Of a stretch of DNA of 64,000 nt, positions 28,730 to 37,157 are shown piece after piece. The first letter of the stretch is position 1; every line of letters starts with the position of its first letter. The DNA lies in NCBI GenBank assembly GCA_047602905.1, contig JBLKOP010000002.1, positions 79,381-143,380 of the forward strand, read 5' to 3'. The DNA is from Candidatus Woesearchaeota archaeon. Lineage in GTDB: Archaea; Nanobdellota; Nanobdellia; Woesearchaeales; SKIA01. Made by a program: the position numbers and the translations under genes. Under the pieces are notes generated by a model. That model had not been told where the DNA came from. It saw nothing but the letters and a program-made list of their open reading frames with translations, and ran no database searches.

Positions 28730-29635
28730 ATGATTGATGAAACCATCACTAACCGGCTTCGCAACGGACAAGAAATCAGCGATAAGCAATTAGAGGAGCG
28801 AGTAGATCGCTACCGCGACCAGAAGAAATCCTCGCAAGCAAAAGAGCTGGACTTAGCAGCTGTGAAGAAAGAACAAGAACAAGCAACCAAAGAAGCATAC
28901 ACAAGCAGCCTTAGTGGCATTGAGAAACTCCTTGTTGGAACAAAAGAATTCTTTGGCTTTGGTATACAACGAGAACTCAATAAGCACTACACAGCAGTTT
29001 CAAGAAGAATTACTTCTTTTGAAGCAAAAGTAGATCATTTTGAAGACCTTTTTGAGCAAACAACCCAGAAATACAAAGGTGCTTTAGATGAGAAAAGACA
29101 GTTTGAGCAATACCAAGCAGCTTCTAAAGAACTGTATCTGCGCTCATTAGATAAGCGAGACGCTTTAGAAGTGGAACTAGAGTCTCTTACTTCACAAACA
29201 AGCCCTTCTAGCATGGCGTTGCATGAGAAGCGTGACGAGCTCTTTGAAGTAAGTAAACGAGTAGACACGCTGTATCAAGAGACTGGCGAGATAGTTATGA
29301 AGCTGCAAATGGCGCACCAAAAAGAATTTGCGTACGAAGCAAACCTAAAAAGTATTCGTAAGAACAGAAGCAGAATTCTTAATCAACTATCCACTGCAAC
29401 TGTCTTCTTAGATGAGCTCTCACTAGCACAAGAGATGCACGGCTCTGGGTCTACAAAAGGAATTATTGATAGTTACGAAAACCTCGCTATTACGATACAA
29501 CAAGCAAGACGGTTTCTTGACGCAACAAATAATTCTGCTCAGAAAGAAATTAACGAGAAGTTTACTGTTGAGTACAACACACCTGTAGGTCTGCACAAAG
29601 CAGTTGAGGAATGGAGCAAGATTCCTCGGCCGTAA
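28730..29635 (+). CDS. Coiled-coil hypothetical protein, 301 aa, overlapping the following Vps4-like ATPase gene
   Basis: Continuous heptad-rich helices with no TM. The C-terminus ends KIPRP. 25-nt overlap with the next gene. Confidence 0.55.
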   Translation: MIDETITNRLRNGQEISDKQLEERVDRYRDQKKSSQAKELDLAAVKKEQEQATKEAYTSSLSGIEKLLVGTKEFFGFGIQRELNKHYTAVSRRITSFEAKVDHFEDLFEQTTQKYKGALDEKRQFEQYQAASKELYLRSLDKRDALEVELESLTSQTSPSSMALHEKRDELFEVSKRVDTLYQETGEIVMKLQMAHQKEFAYEANLKSIRKNRSRILNQLSTATVFLDELSLAQEMHGSGSTKGIIDSYENLAITIQQARRFLDATNNSAQKEINEKFTVEYNTPVGLHKAVEEWSKIPRP

Positions 29636-30804
29636 TCAGCGAGGTTGATTTGCGTGTAGCGCAGAAGAAAGCTCAGCGAACCTTGCAGGTTCACGAGCTA
29701 GAAAACCCTCTTCTTGAGAGTTTGCTTACGTATTACGAAGCGGCTGTGAGTAACGCAGTTCCTCCTCTTGCTGCTCTTGAAGCAAGTAGTGGGGTTTTGC
29801 GTAACGGGTACACTCCAAGAAGCGGTTCTTCAACAAGCCTTGATGCGTTCTTGTTAGAAGTAGATGATTCAGTTGCTGGAGAAGCGATTGCTGGGTTGTA
29901 TGAGCGTGTTAAAGAACAGAACGCTTCTGCTATTCCTGTTGATTTCGCTGGTCGCTTGTATGAGCGAACTCCTCTTGTAAGAACGCTTCCTTCTCTTATT
30001 GGTGTTGAGAGCGCTACCCAGAAGTTGCGAGAAGCGGTGAATCGCTTGTTCTTATACAACCCGTTAACAAGAACGCATTTTGAGCGTGAAAAAGACGAGG
30101 CAGGTGTTCTTCTGCACGGACCTCCAGGAACAGGCAAGTCTAGTTTGTGTGAGTACGCATACGTGCACGCACAAAACCTCTCTCAAAAGAGCGGCTTACC
30201 TTTTACTCTTGAAGTATTTGAGTCTCACGAGTATAGTATGTGGCAGGGGGAGAGTGAGAAGGCGCTTCAAAAAAAGTTTGCTTCCTTAACTAACCCTCAA
30301 GGAGTGGGTCTTCTTGTTCTTGAAGAAGTGGATATGTTGTTTGCTTCCCGAGAAGATAGCGGAGCAGGTGTCGGTGTAAAAACGACAAATACGCTTATGC
30401 AAAACCTAAGTGGCTTTAGTGCTTCTCGCTACAGTAACTTCTTAGTTATTGGTACAAGTAACTTACCACACAAGATTGATCATGGTATGAAGCGACGCCT
30501 CCCTACTCGCGTGCACGTTCCTCTCTACGATTCTCTTAGTCAGTACCGCTTACTTAGTGAGCATGTGCTGAGCTGGCCTTCTTCTGAAGTTCATGAGTAC
30601 TTGGCGAGTACGGGGTTTACGAATCGTTTATCTGCTTCTGAGATGACGAGCATGTGTAATTTTGTTCATAGTGTTCGTTGCGGTCCTGTTGACGAAAGCA
30701 TTTTTTCTCTTCCTCTTCATCAAAGAGAAGCTGCTCGCAGAGCGCAGTACAAAGATTTGTCTTTACAAGAAGTGCAGAGTGCTTTGCGCTCTTACGAATT
30801 TTGA
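29611..30804 (+). CDS. AAA+ ATPase of the Vps4/katanin 'meiotic clade' (CdvC-like)
   Basis: Walker A LLHGPPGTGKSSL, the clade-specific SMWQGESEKALQKKF (cf. SKWMGESEKLVKQLF in Vps4), Walker B LVLEEVD, and sensor/Arg fingers NLPHKIDHGMKRRLPTRVHVPL. Preceded by a 150-aa N-terminal domain. Confidence 0.75.
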   Translation: MEQDSSAVISEVDLRVAQKKAQRTLQVHELENPLLESLLTYYEAAVSNAVPPLAALEASSGVLRNGYTPRSGSSTSLDAFLLEVDDSVAGEAIAGLYERVKEQNASAIPVDFAGRLYERTPLVRTLPSLIGVESATQKLREAVNRLFLYNPLTRTHFEREKDEAGVLLHGPPGTGKSSLCEYAYVHAQNLSQKSGLPFTLEVFESHEYSMWQGESEKALQKKFASLTNPQGVGLLVLEEVDMLFASREDSGAGVGVKTTNTLMQNLSGFSASRYSNFLVIGTSNLPHKIDHGMKRRLPTRVHVPLYDSLSQYRLLSEHVLSWPSSEVHEYLASTGFTNRLSASEMTSMCNFVHSVRCGPVDESIFSLPLHQREAARRAQYKDLSLQEVQSALRSYEF

Positions 30805-32567
30805 TTGTTGTAGAGTTCTTCTACGTAGCTAAGTGGCGTTATGTCTTCTACGCTTCTCTCCTCTGTTCGGTTGCGCAGGATTCTTGGGAATCGTAGCGCG
30901 TAGCCACTCGCGTAGCTAGGACTTTTTTGTATTTCTTCATACGCTACTTCTACGACGATTGTTGGTTTGATTGTTACGGCGTTGTTTTCTTCACTTATTA
31001 CGTGCTCTTCTAAGAGTTCTGTGATTTCTGGGTAGCTAAAGCCTTCTTCAGGGAGTTCTTTAAGTCCTGTACCTACTTTTCCTATTGCTAAAAGCGCTCC
31101 TTCCTCATCCATTATCGCTACCTCAAAGCTGGTAAGCCACCCTTTTCTTTTTCCTTCTCCCCACTCAGCACCTATTATTACTACGTCTAGTGGTTCCATG
31201 GTGTCTTTGATTTTCATCCAGTTTCCTACTCGTGTTCCTGGCTGATACGTGCTATCAAGTTTTTTTGCAAACAGCCCTTCTGTTCCTGCAGTTTTTGCTT
31301 GTGTAAAGAACTCGTTTGCTTCTTGTAGTGTAGCAACTATTGTTGTTTGCGCTACTCCAAAGAGTTCTTGCTCAGTAATTGTTTCTTCAAGGATTTCTTG
31401 TCGTTTACTCAGAGGAGTTTCTAGGAGTTCTTCTTTGTCTTTGTAAAGAATATCGAATACGCGTACATCTACAGGAAGTTTCTTTGCTGTCTCGCTAATA
31501 GCGTATTTTCTTCGTATGCGTTGACTAATTTCTTGAAAGGGTTTGTACTTTTTTGTTTCTGCATCTACTCCTATTGCTTCTGCGTCGAGAATGCATTCTT
31601 TGCACGTAACGTTTTCTCGTACTGCTTCTACGATGTCAGGAAATTGTTTTGTAACGTTTTCTAGTCTTCGCGTAAATATGGTTATCTTGTCTTCTTGTTT
31701 ATGTATTTCTACACGAAAACCGTCGTACTTGTATTGCAGTAGGATTTCTTCTCCTAGCTTCTCAAACGCGTCGGTGAGTTCTCCTCGTACTCCTAGCATG
31801 ACTTTTAGAGGTACTCCTAGTTGTATGCGTACTTGTTGTACGTGCTCTAGTCCTTTTTTTGCGTTCACAGCTACTTCTGAGAAATCATTGGTTTTGTCAT
31901 ACGCGCTCTGTACTGCTTGGCTTACGTGTTTGTACGCTTCTCGATTAATTATTTCTTCCTCTTCTATACCTGCTTCTTTGCTTAAGAACGCATAGATTAT
32001 GGCGTCTCGTAGCGTTCCTGAAGCGATTCCTATGCGTAAATCCTCTAGTACTGTTCTGGTGATGTACTTGGCTTCTTGTGGTTGTGCGTGGCTGAGTAAC
32101 TCGCTGATTATCTTCATTTTTTGTCCTGTACTCCCAACTCCTTCTATGCTGCTAAGTGTTCGTAGTTGTTCATACACGTATTTCACGCTGAGTGTTTTTG
32201 CAAAGAGGGTTTGTTGGTTTTTTGTGCTGCTCATCTGCTCAGCTACCATTCCTAAATCTCCTGTTTTTCGTAGTGCTTGATGTATTTCTTTGCTGTTTCT
32301 TCCTGTTACTTGGCAGAGTAACTTAATCATTATCTTTGCTGATACGCCCATGGTTTCTTTCTGCCAAGCTGCTTGTACTCGTCCTTGTAGTAAGTGCGTT
32401 ACTCGTCTGAGGTCTTGGTTGCTTTCTCTGAGTAGTTGCGCTAGTATACGCGTTTTTTCTAGTCGTTTACTGGTTTGTTGTACGTTCTCATACGCTAAGC
32501 ATAGCTTCTCATACTGCATGTATACTGGTATTCTTTGCTGGTATTTAACCGTAAGGCTTTTAGCCAA
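30792..32567 (-). CDS. lig: ATP-dependent DNA ligase
   Basis: Adenylation motif I KYDGFRVEIHK, OB-fold, N-terminal DNA-binding domain, ~590 aa. Confidence 0.9.
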   Translation of the reverse strand: MAKSLTVKYQQRIPVYMQYEKLCLAYENVQQTSKRLEKTRILAQLLRESNQDLRRVTHLLQGRVQAAWQKETMGVSAKIMIKLLCQVTGRNSKEIHQALRKTGDLGMVAEQMSSTKNQQTLFAKTLSVKYVYEQLRTLSSIEGVGSTGQKMKIISELLSHAQPQEAKYITRTVLEDLRIGIASGTLRDAIIYAFLSKEAGIEEEEIINREAYKHVSQAVQSAYDKTNDFSEVAVNAKKGLEHVQQVRIQLGVPLKVMLGVRGELTDAFEKLGEEILLQYKYDGFRVEIHKQEDKITIFTRRLENVTKQFPDIVEAVRENVTCKECILDAEAIGVDAETKKYKPFQEISQRIRRKYAISETAKKLPVDVRVFDILYKDKEELLETPLSKRQEILEETITEQELFGVAQTTIVATLQEANEFFTQAKTAGTEGLFAKKLDSTYQPGTRVGNWMKIKDTMEPLDVVIIGAEWGEGKRKGWLTSFEVAIMDEEGALLAIGKVGTGLKELPEEGFSYPEITELLEEHVISEENNAVTIKPTIVVEVAYEEIQKSPSYASGYALRFPRILRNRTEERSVEDITPLSYVEELYNNQNS

Positions 32568-32586
32568 CTACGTATACAAGCTCTTC

Positions 32587-33264
32587 ATGGATGACTTTAT
32601 TGATTTCTGTCAGCACCGCCGTAGTGTTCGTGATTTTAGTACAAAAACGGTTGCTTTTGAGGATGTCGTTGATTGCTTGCACGCTGCTACGTACGCTCCT
32701 AGCGTGAGTGATTTGCAGCCGTGGGAGTTTGTTGTCGTAACGTCTGGTTCTGCTCGAGAAGCTGTTGTTAGTTGCTGTAAGGATAGTGGTTGGTTGCTTG
32801 ACGCTCCTGTTCTTGTTGCTGTTCTTCTTGATCGTTCTCGTTTTGAAGCGTATCATGGTTCTGAAGAGGTGGTTTTTGCTCGTGATAGCTGTGTTGCTGC
32901 TGCGATGAACGTTGTTTATGCTGCGCTAAGTAAGGGTCTTGGTTCTTGTTGGGTTACGGATTTCTTCTCTGAGAAGCTTGCTGGTACGCTTAAGATTCCT
33001 GCTTCTTGCGAAATTGTTTGTTTACTTGCTCTGGGCTATCCTGCTGAGGCGGATGTTATTCCTAAGCACGTAACGAGCTTGAATGAAATAACGTATTTTG
33101 ATGTTTATGGCGCTAAGCGTACTGATGTCTCTACGTACACCATGGATTACGGCGCTGCTGCTCGAGAGGTTGCTTCTGAAGCTGCTTTTCGTGTGAAGAA
33201 AAAGCCGTTTGTTAAGCGTTTTCGTGATCAGTTAGATGCGATGATGGGCAAGAAAAAAGAGTAG
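32587..33264 (+). CDS. Nitroreductase-family protein
   Basis: HRRSVRDF FMN-binding start and the PSVSDLQPWEFVVV block. Start at MDDFIDF. Confidence 0.75.
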   Translation: MDDFIDFCQHRRSVRDFSTKTVAFEDVVDCLHAATYAPSVSDLQPWEFVVVTSGSAREAVVSCCKDSGWLLDAPVLVAVLLDRSRFEAYHGSEEVVFARDSCVAAAMNVVYAALSKGLGSCWVTDFFSEKLAGTLKIPASCEIVCLLALGYPAEADVIPKHVTSLNEITYFDVYGAKRTDVSTYTMDYGAAAREVASEAAFRVKKKPFVKRFRDQLDAMMGKKKE

Positions 33265-33322
33265 TTTCTTGACTGGACATGTGCAAGATACGTTTTTATA
33301 GCGCTTCTTCTTTGCTTGGTAT

Positions 33323-35209
33323 ATGTTGCTGAATGCTAATCGTCGTCGCTTATTATTATTTCCTCACGAAACCGTTCGTCCTATTCAGGATGAGTTAGTT
33401 ATTGCTGTTGATGAGTCTGTTCGTAAGCGCAAGCACTTAGTCGTTAATGCTCCTACTGGTCTTGGTAAGACTGCTGCGAGTATTGGTCCTGCTGTCGCGT
33501 ATGCTATTGAGAACGATCTTACAGTGTTTTTCTTGACAAGTCGCCACACCCAGCACCAAATCGCTTTGGATACGATTAAGGCTATTGAGGATCGGTATGA
33601 ACAAACGATTCCTGTTGCTAATCTTATTGGTAAGAAGTGGATGTGTTTGCAGGATGGCGTTTCTGGTATGCATTCTGGTGAGTTCGTGCAGTATTGTCGT
33701 CGTTTACGAGAGAACGCTTCTTGTGAGTATTTTGAGAACTTAAAGCGTTCTGGTTCTCTTTCTCCTGATGCTCGTGTTGCTGTTGAGAAGGCTAAGAGCG
33801 CTCCTGCTGCTAGTTCTGTTGTCTCTATTGGTCGCGAGCATTCTGTGTGTCCGTATGAGATTGGGTTGTTAGCTGCTAGGGAGTCAAGAGTTATTGTTAC
33901 GGATTATTTTTATTTGTTTCATCCACGTATTCGTGAGTCGTTCTTGGCAAAGATAGGTAAGTCTCTTGAGGAATCTATTATTATTGTTGATGAAGCGCAT
34001 AACTTGCCTGAGCGCATTAAGGATTTGGCTTCTTCTCGTCTCTCTACGTTTGTTCTTGATCGTGCTGTTCAGGAAGCGGTTGATTTTGAGTACGAGTTTC
34101 CTCAGATTGGTCGTCTTAAGGGGGTGTTGATGGCTTTGGCTAAGGAGGTTGATAAGAAAGCTGGTGAGGGGTTTGTTTCTCGCGAGGATGTTCTTGAGTT
34201 GCTTGGCGAGGTTGATGTGAAGGCTTTGCTTGTTGCGGGCGATCATGTTCGTGAGGAGCGGCGTAATAGCTATATTGCTAGTGTTGCTGAGTTCTTGGAT
34301 GAGTGGCGCGAGGAGGATGAGGGTTTTACGCGTATATTGTCTGTTTCTGATTCTTCTGTTTCTTTGTCTCGCAGGTGTCTTGATCCTGGTGTTGTTTCTG
34401 GTCCGTTGTTTCGTGAGTGTTACGCTTCTGTTCTTATGAGTGGTACGCTTCATCCTACGGTGATGTATTCTGAGTTGCTTGATCTTCCTTTGCGTACGGA
34501 TGAGTACACGTTTCAGAGTCCTTTTCCTTCTTCTAATCGTCTTTCTCTTATTGTTACGAAGACGACTACGAAGTATACTGCTCGTAGTTCCTCTATGTTT
34601 GATGAGCAGGCTTCTGTTCTTGCGGAGATTGCTGAGGCTACTCCTGGTAATGTGTTGGTGTTTGTTCCTTCTTACGCGTTGCTTTCTGAGATTCATGAGC
34701 GTTTTCAAACAATGACTTCTAAGCCGGTGTTTTGTGAGTCTCGGGGTATGAGTAAGTCGGATAAGGCTTCTGTTCTTTCTAAGCTTGAGTCGTATTCTTC
34801 TTCTGGAGCAGTTTTTTTGGGTGTTACTTCTGGCTCGTTTGCTGAGGGCGTTGATTTTAAGGGTGATTTGGCTAAGGCGGTTGTTGTGGTTGGTCTTCCT
34901 CTTGCTCGTCCTGATTTGGAGACGCAGGCGTTGATGAAGTATTATGATAAGAAGTTTTCTCGCGGCTGGGATTATGGCTACGTCTTTCCTGCGTTTAATA
35001 AGGTCTTGCAGAGTGCTGGTCGGGTTATTCGTTCTGAAGAGGAGAAGGGTGCGCTTATTTTTTTGGATGAGCGCTATGCTTGGGCTAATTATCAGCGGTG
35101 TTTTCCTCAGACGTGGCAGTTAGTGCAAAGTGATTCTCCTGGGGATGTTGTTAAGGAGTTCTTTGGTGTTTCTTCTCAAAAAAAGGCTTCTTCTGATTGG
35201 TTCTCATAG
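33323..35209 (+). CDS. XPD/Rad3-family (DinG-like) Fe-S DNA helicase
   Basis: Walker A NAPTGLGKTA, a 4-Cys Fe-S insert (C..C..C...CPYE), a DEAH box IIIVDEAHNL, and C-terminal helicase motifs. Confidence 0.85.
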   Translation: MLLNANRRRLLLFPHETVRPIQDELVIAVDESVRKRKHLVVNAPTGLGKTAASIGPAVAYAIENDLTVFFLTSRHTQHQIALDTIKAIEDRYEQTIPVANLIGKKWMCLQDGVSGMHSGEFVQYCRRLRENASCEYFENLKRSGSLSPDARVAVEKAKSAPAASSVVSIGREHSVCPYEIGLLAARESRVIVTDYFYLFHPRIRESFLAKIGKSLEESIIIVDEAHNLPERIKDLASSRLSTFVLDRAVQEAVDFEYEFPQIGRLKGVLMALAKEVDKKAGEGFVSREDVLELLGEVDVKALLVAGDHVREERRNSYIASVAEFLDEWREEDEGFTRILSVSDSSVSLSRRCLDPGVVSGPLFRECYASVLMSGTLHPTVMYSELLDLPLRTDEYTFQSPFPSSNRLSLIVTKTTTKYTARSSSMFDEQASVLAEIAEATPGNVLVFVPSYALLSEIHERFQTMTSKPVFCESRGMSKSDKASVLSKLESYSSSGAVFLGVTSGSFAEGVDFKGDLAKAVVVVGLPLARPDLETQALMKYYDKKFSRGWDYGYVFPAFNKVLQSAGRVIRSEEEKGALIFLDERYAWANYQRCFPQTWQLVQSDSPGDVVKEFFGVSSQKKASSDWFS

Positions 35210-35682
35210 AATGCGTTGAGTTCTTGCTGTATTTTGGGTAGTTCTTTCTTGAATACTTCTTGTAGGTGCTCTGTTTCTTCTTGGTAAGCGTATAGTTTTC
35301 GTACTGGAAAGAATGTTGTGTTGTGTACTGGTATGTATATCCATTGTTCTGTTCGCTTGTATTGTTTAGTGATGTCTGCGTGTGTTATTGCGTCTATCCA
35401 CTAAATAACTTGTTGTTGTAAGTTGTGTTTTTTACTTGTGTTTAGTGCTAGTGCTGTTTTGTTCTCTAAGAGTTTTATGAGTGCTAGGGGTGTTGTTTTT
35501 TCGTGTATGATTATTCCGTTTTGGTATTGGCTTGAGTCTTTGTTTAGTACGTGCAGGAAGTATTTTTCTGCTTCTTCACACACGTGTACTTCTTTGTGAA
35601 AGAAGCTGTCTTCTAGTGTTTTGTTGTGTGTTTGTAGTACTTTTTGTTGTACCCATTTGGTTGGTGTTGCGTTTTCTTGCAT
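35176..35682 (-). pseudogene. ORF interrupted by one in-frame TAG at 35401-35403 (93 + 75 codons)
   Basis: The 93-aa ORF 35401..35682 continues in the same frame after the TAG for another 75 codons to a TGA at 35176, overlapping the XPD 3-prime end. No family recognised. Confidence 0.3.
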
Positions 35683-35818
35683 GTTTGTGTGTTAGTGGTT
35701 TTTTACTATTTATAAGTACTAATACAAGTATTTTCGCTTTAAACGAAAAAGCCCGTCCAGTATACAAATTACCACATTAATCGACATATTTATATACTAG
35801 GAGCGTCGCTTATCTGGT

Positions 35819-36235
35819 ATGGTTATCCTCTTCGACCAATTCAACCTCCCAGAGAACGTATACGAGCTCATATTCGCAACCGAGCAACAAGTACTCGTAG
35901 GAAAACTCCTCATAGAAGAAATCAAGCAACACGATGGAGAAATGGGAAAAACAGAGATGAGCATGTTCGCAACCCAGCTACACGACGGATTCACCATAGA
36001 AACAGAACAAGACTTCCCCGTACCACTCAAGAAAAAAGCAAAAATCAGCTATAACAAACGACAGTTCTACGACAGAATACTCACGCCCATGAAAACCATG
36101 GGGATGATACAGTACGACATGTACAAAAAAACGTACAAGATAAGTGAGAATTTCAACAAAAACCTCATGAAAATTGGTTTGATGTGGCTGCAAGAAACCC
36201 GCAAACCACCCTTTCCATTCAAAGTAGTCAACTGA
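35819..36235 (+). CDS. Hypothetical protein, 138 aa
   Basis: ORF with a promoter-like TTTATAAG / TTTATATAC upstream. Confidence 0.45.
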   Translation: MVILFDQFNLPENVYELIFATEQQVLVGKLLIEEIKQHDGEMGKTEMSMFATQLHDGFTIETEQDFPVPLKKKAKISYNKRQFYDRILTPMKTMGMIQYDMYKKTYKISENFNKNLMKIGLMWLQETRKPPFPFKVVN

Positions 36236-36283
36236 AACGGCGCACAAGCACAAGCCTTGAAGCGTCGATAGCAGGCCAAACGA

Positions 36284-36451
36284 AGTGAATGAACAATTAC
36301 CTTCAAAACTCTGGGTGCGCTTCTCTCCACTCTCTCACCCACTCTCCAATTATAAGCCCCCAGAGTTTTCTTGCTCATATTTCCTCAGCCGATTCAGGAT
36401 GAGGTGAGCTAACAGCCAAAGCCTTCGGGCTTTGGCACTTTTACATTCACT
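36284..36451 (+). ncRNA. Candidate structured ncRNA (cloverleaf-like: closing helix plus three hairpins, one UUCG-capped)
   Basis: Closing helix AGTGAATG 36284-36291 / CATTCACT 36444-36451. Hairpin 1: AAAACTCTGGG 36305-36315 / CCCAGAGTTTT 36358-36368, with a CT-rich 42-nt loop. Hairpin 2: CCTCA 36383-36387 / TGAGG 36400-36404. Hairpin 3: GCCAAAGCC-TTCG-GGCTTTGGC 36415-36436. The strand call is weak. Confidence 0.3.
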
Positions 36452-36656
36452 GTTGTTTCTGTGTGATCTTGGTCGCCACAGTAACCACAAGCACAATCTC
36501 TCCCCCCCCCACAAAGATGCTTATCTTATACAGTAACATAATTGCCTAGTTCAGGCAGAAACAACAGTTTCTTCTCATCAAGTCCCAAAGTTCCAACAAC
36601 AGAAACCAACCATTACAGTAACTTCGTTGGCTTTGGCAAACAACAACAAACATACC

Positions 36657-36926
36657 ATGAACGAAACAATAGTAACGCACTGCCTAGCAATTTGGCATAC
36701 GCACACAGGAAGCATGCATCAGTCAGACAAAGACTTTTTTGACGCGCACGTACAAACAACCGCGCAAGAATCCTGTGATGAATTCGTAGCGGCACAAGAA
36801 CTCATAACAGCGCGTCTACACGAGTTTGGCCACGAGTATGATGAAGCAATACGTTTAGCTCAAGAACTCGTACGCACCTATGCTCAGCGCTTTGGTGTAC
36901 GCACAGAACAACTTCAAGTAGCGTAG
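36657..36926 (+). CDS. Small hypothetical protein with an H-x-H-x6-S-x2-D (JAMM/MPN-like) motif
   Basis: AIWHTHTGSMHQSDKD resembles the JAMM HxHx7SxxD zinc site, but the upstream Glu/MPN core is absent. The ORF-track start 36627 is TTG, so the ATG at 36657 is preferred. Confidence 0.35.
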   Translation: MNETIVTHCLAIWHTHTGSMHQSDKDFFDAHVQTTAQESCDEFVAAQELITARLHEFGHEYDEAIRLAQELVRTYAQRFGVRTEQLQVA

Positions 36927-37025
36927 TCTCAAATAAAGTTAATCAAAGAACAAAGCTAAAAAATCAAAGATAGTTTATAAATTAAAAAACAAAACTTTAA
37001 TTACTATACTTACAGTACTTACCAT

Positions 37026-37157
37026 ATGGAAACTGTAACAATTCCCAAAGAAGAGTATCGTCGCTTAAAAGTACTAGAAAAAATCGAATGGGAAGTTGTA
37101 GGGGAATTCAAAGAGGCTCTTGATGATCTCCGAGCAGATCGGTTTACAGAGTGCTAG
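37026..37157 (+). CDS. 43-aa ORF with a ribbon-helix-helix-like pattern (possible antitoxin-like protein)
   Basis: METVTIPKEEYRRLKVLEKIEWEVVGEFKEALDDLRADR reads as a beta strand plus two helices. It is convergent with the RelE-like gene and overlaps it by 14 nt. Not in the ORF track because it is under 60 aa. Confidence 0.25.
   Translation: METVTIPKEEYRRLKVLEKIEWEVVGEFKEALDDLRADRFTEC

Noticed and set aside
29611-30804. Annotating the AAA ATPase as Cdc48 or proteasome-activating nucleotidase
   Set aside because: It has a single AAA domain. The SMWQGESEK and C-terminal helix pattern fit the Vps4/katanin clade. Cdc48 would have two AAA domains, and PAN has an N-terminal coiled coil plus OB domain.
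33884-34708. 274-aa Arg/Lys-rich ORF antisense to the XPD helicase gene
   Set aside because: Extreme basic low-complexity composition produced by reading the complement of a GA-rich coding strand. The sense strand carries clear helicase motifs.
35401-35403. TAG as a recoded (pyrrolysine or read-through) codon
   Set aside because: No other indication of recoding in the window. TAG is used as a normal stop by several clear genes here (for example XPD, rpl37ae).
36236-36656. Identity of the structured region as RNase P RNA or SRP RNA
   Set aside because: Conserved P4/CR-I (GGAAAGUCCGG) and SRP domain-IV motifs not found by eye on either strand. No ORB-like (TCCAGTGGAAAC) origin boxes either.
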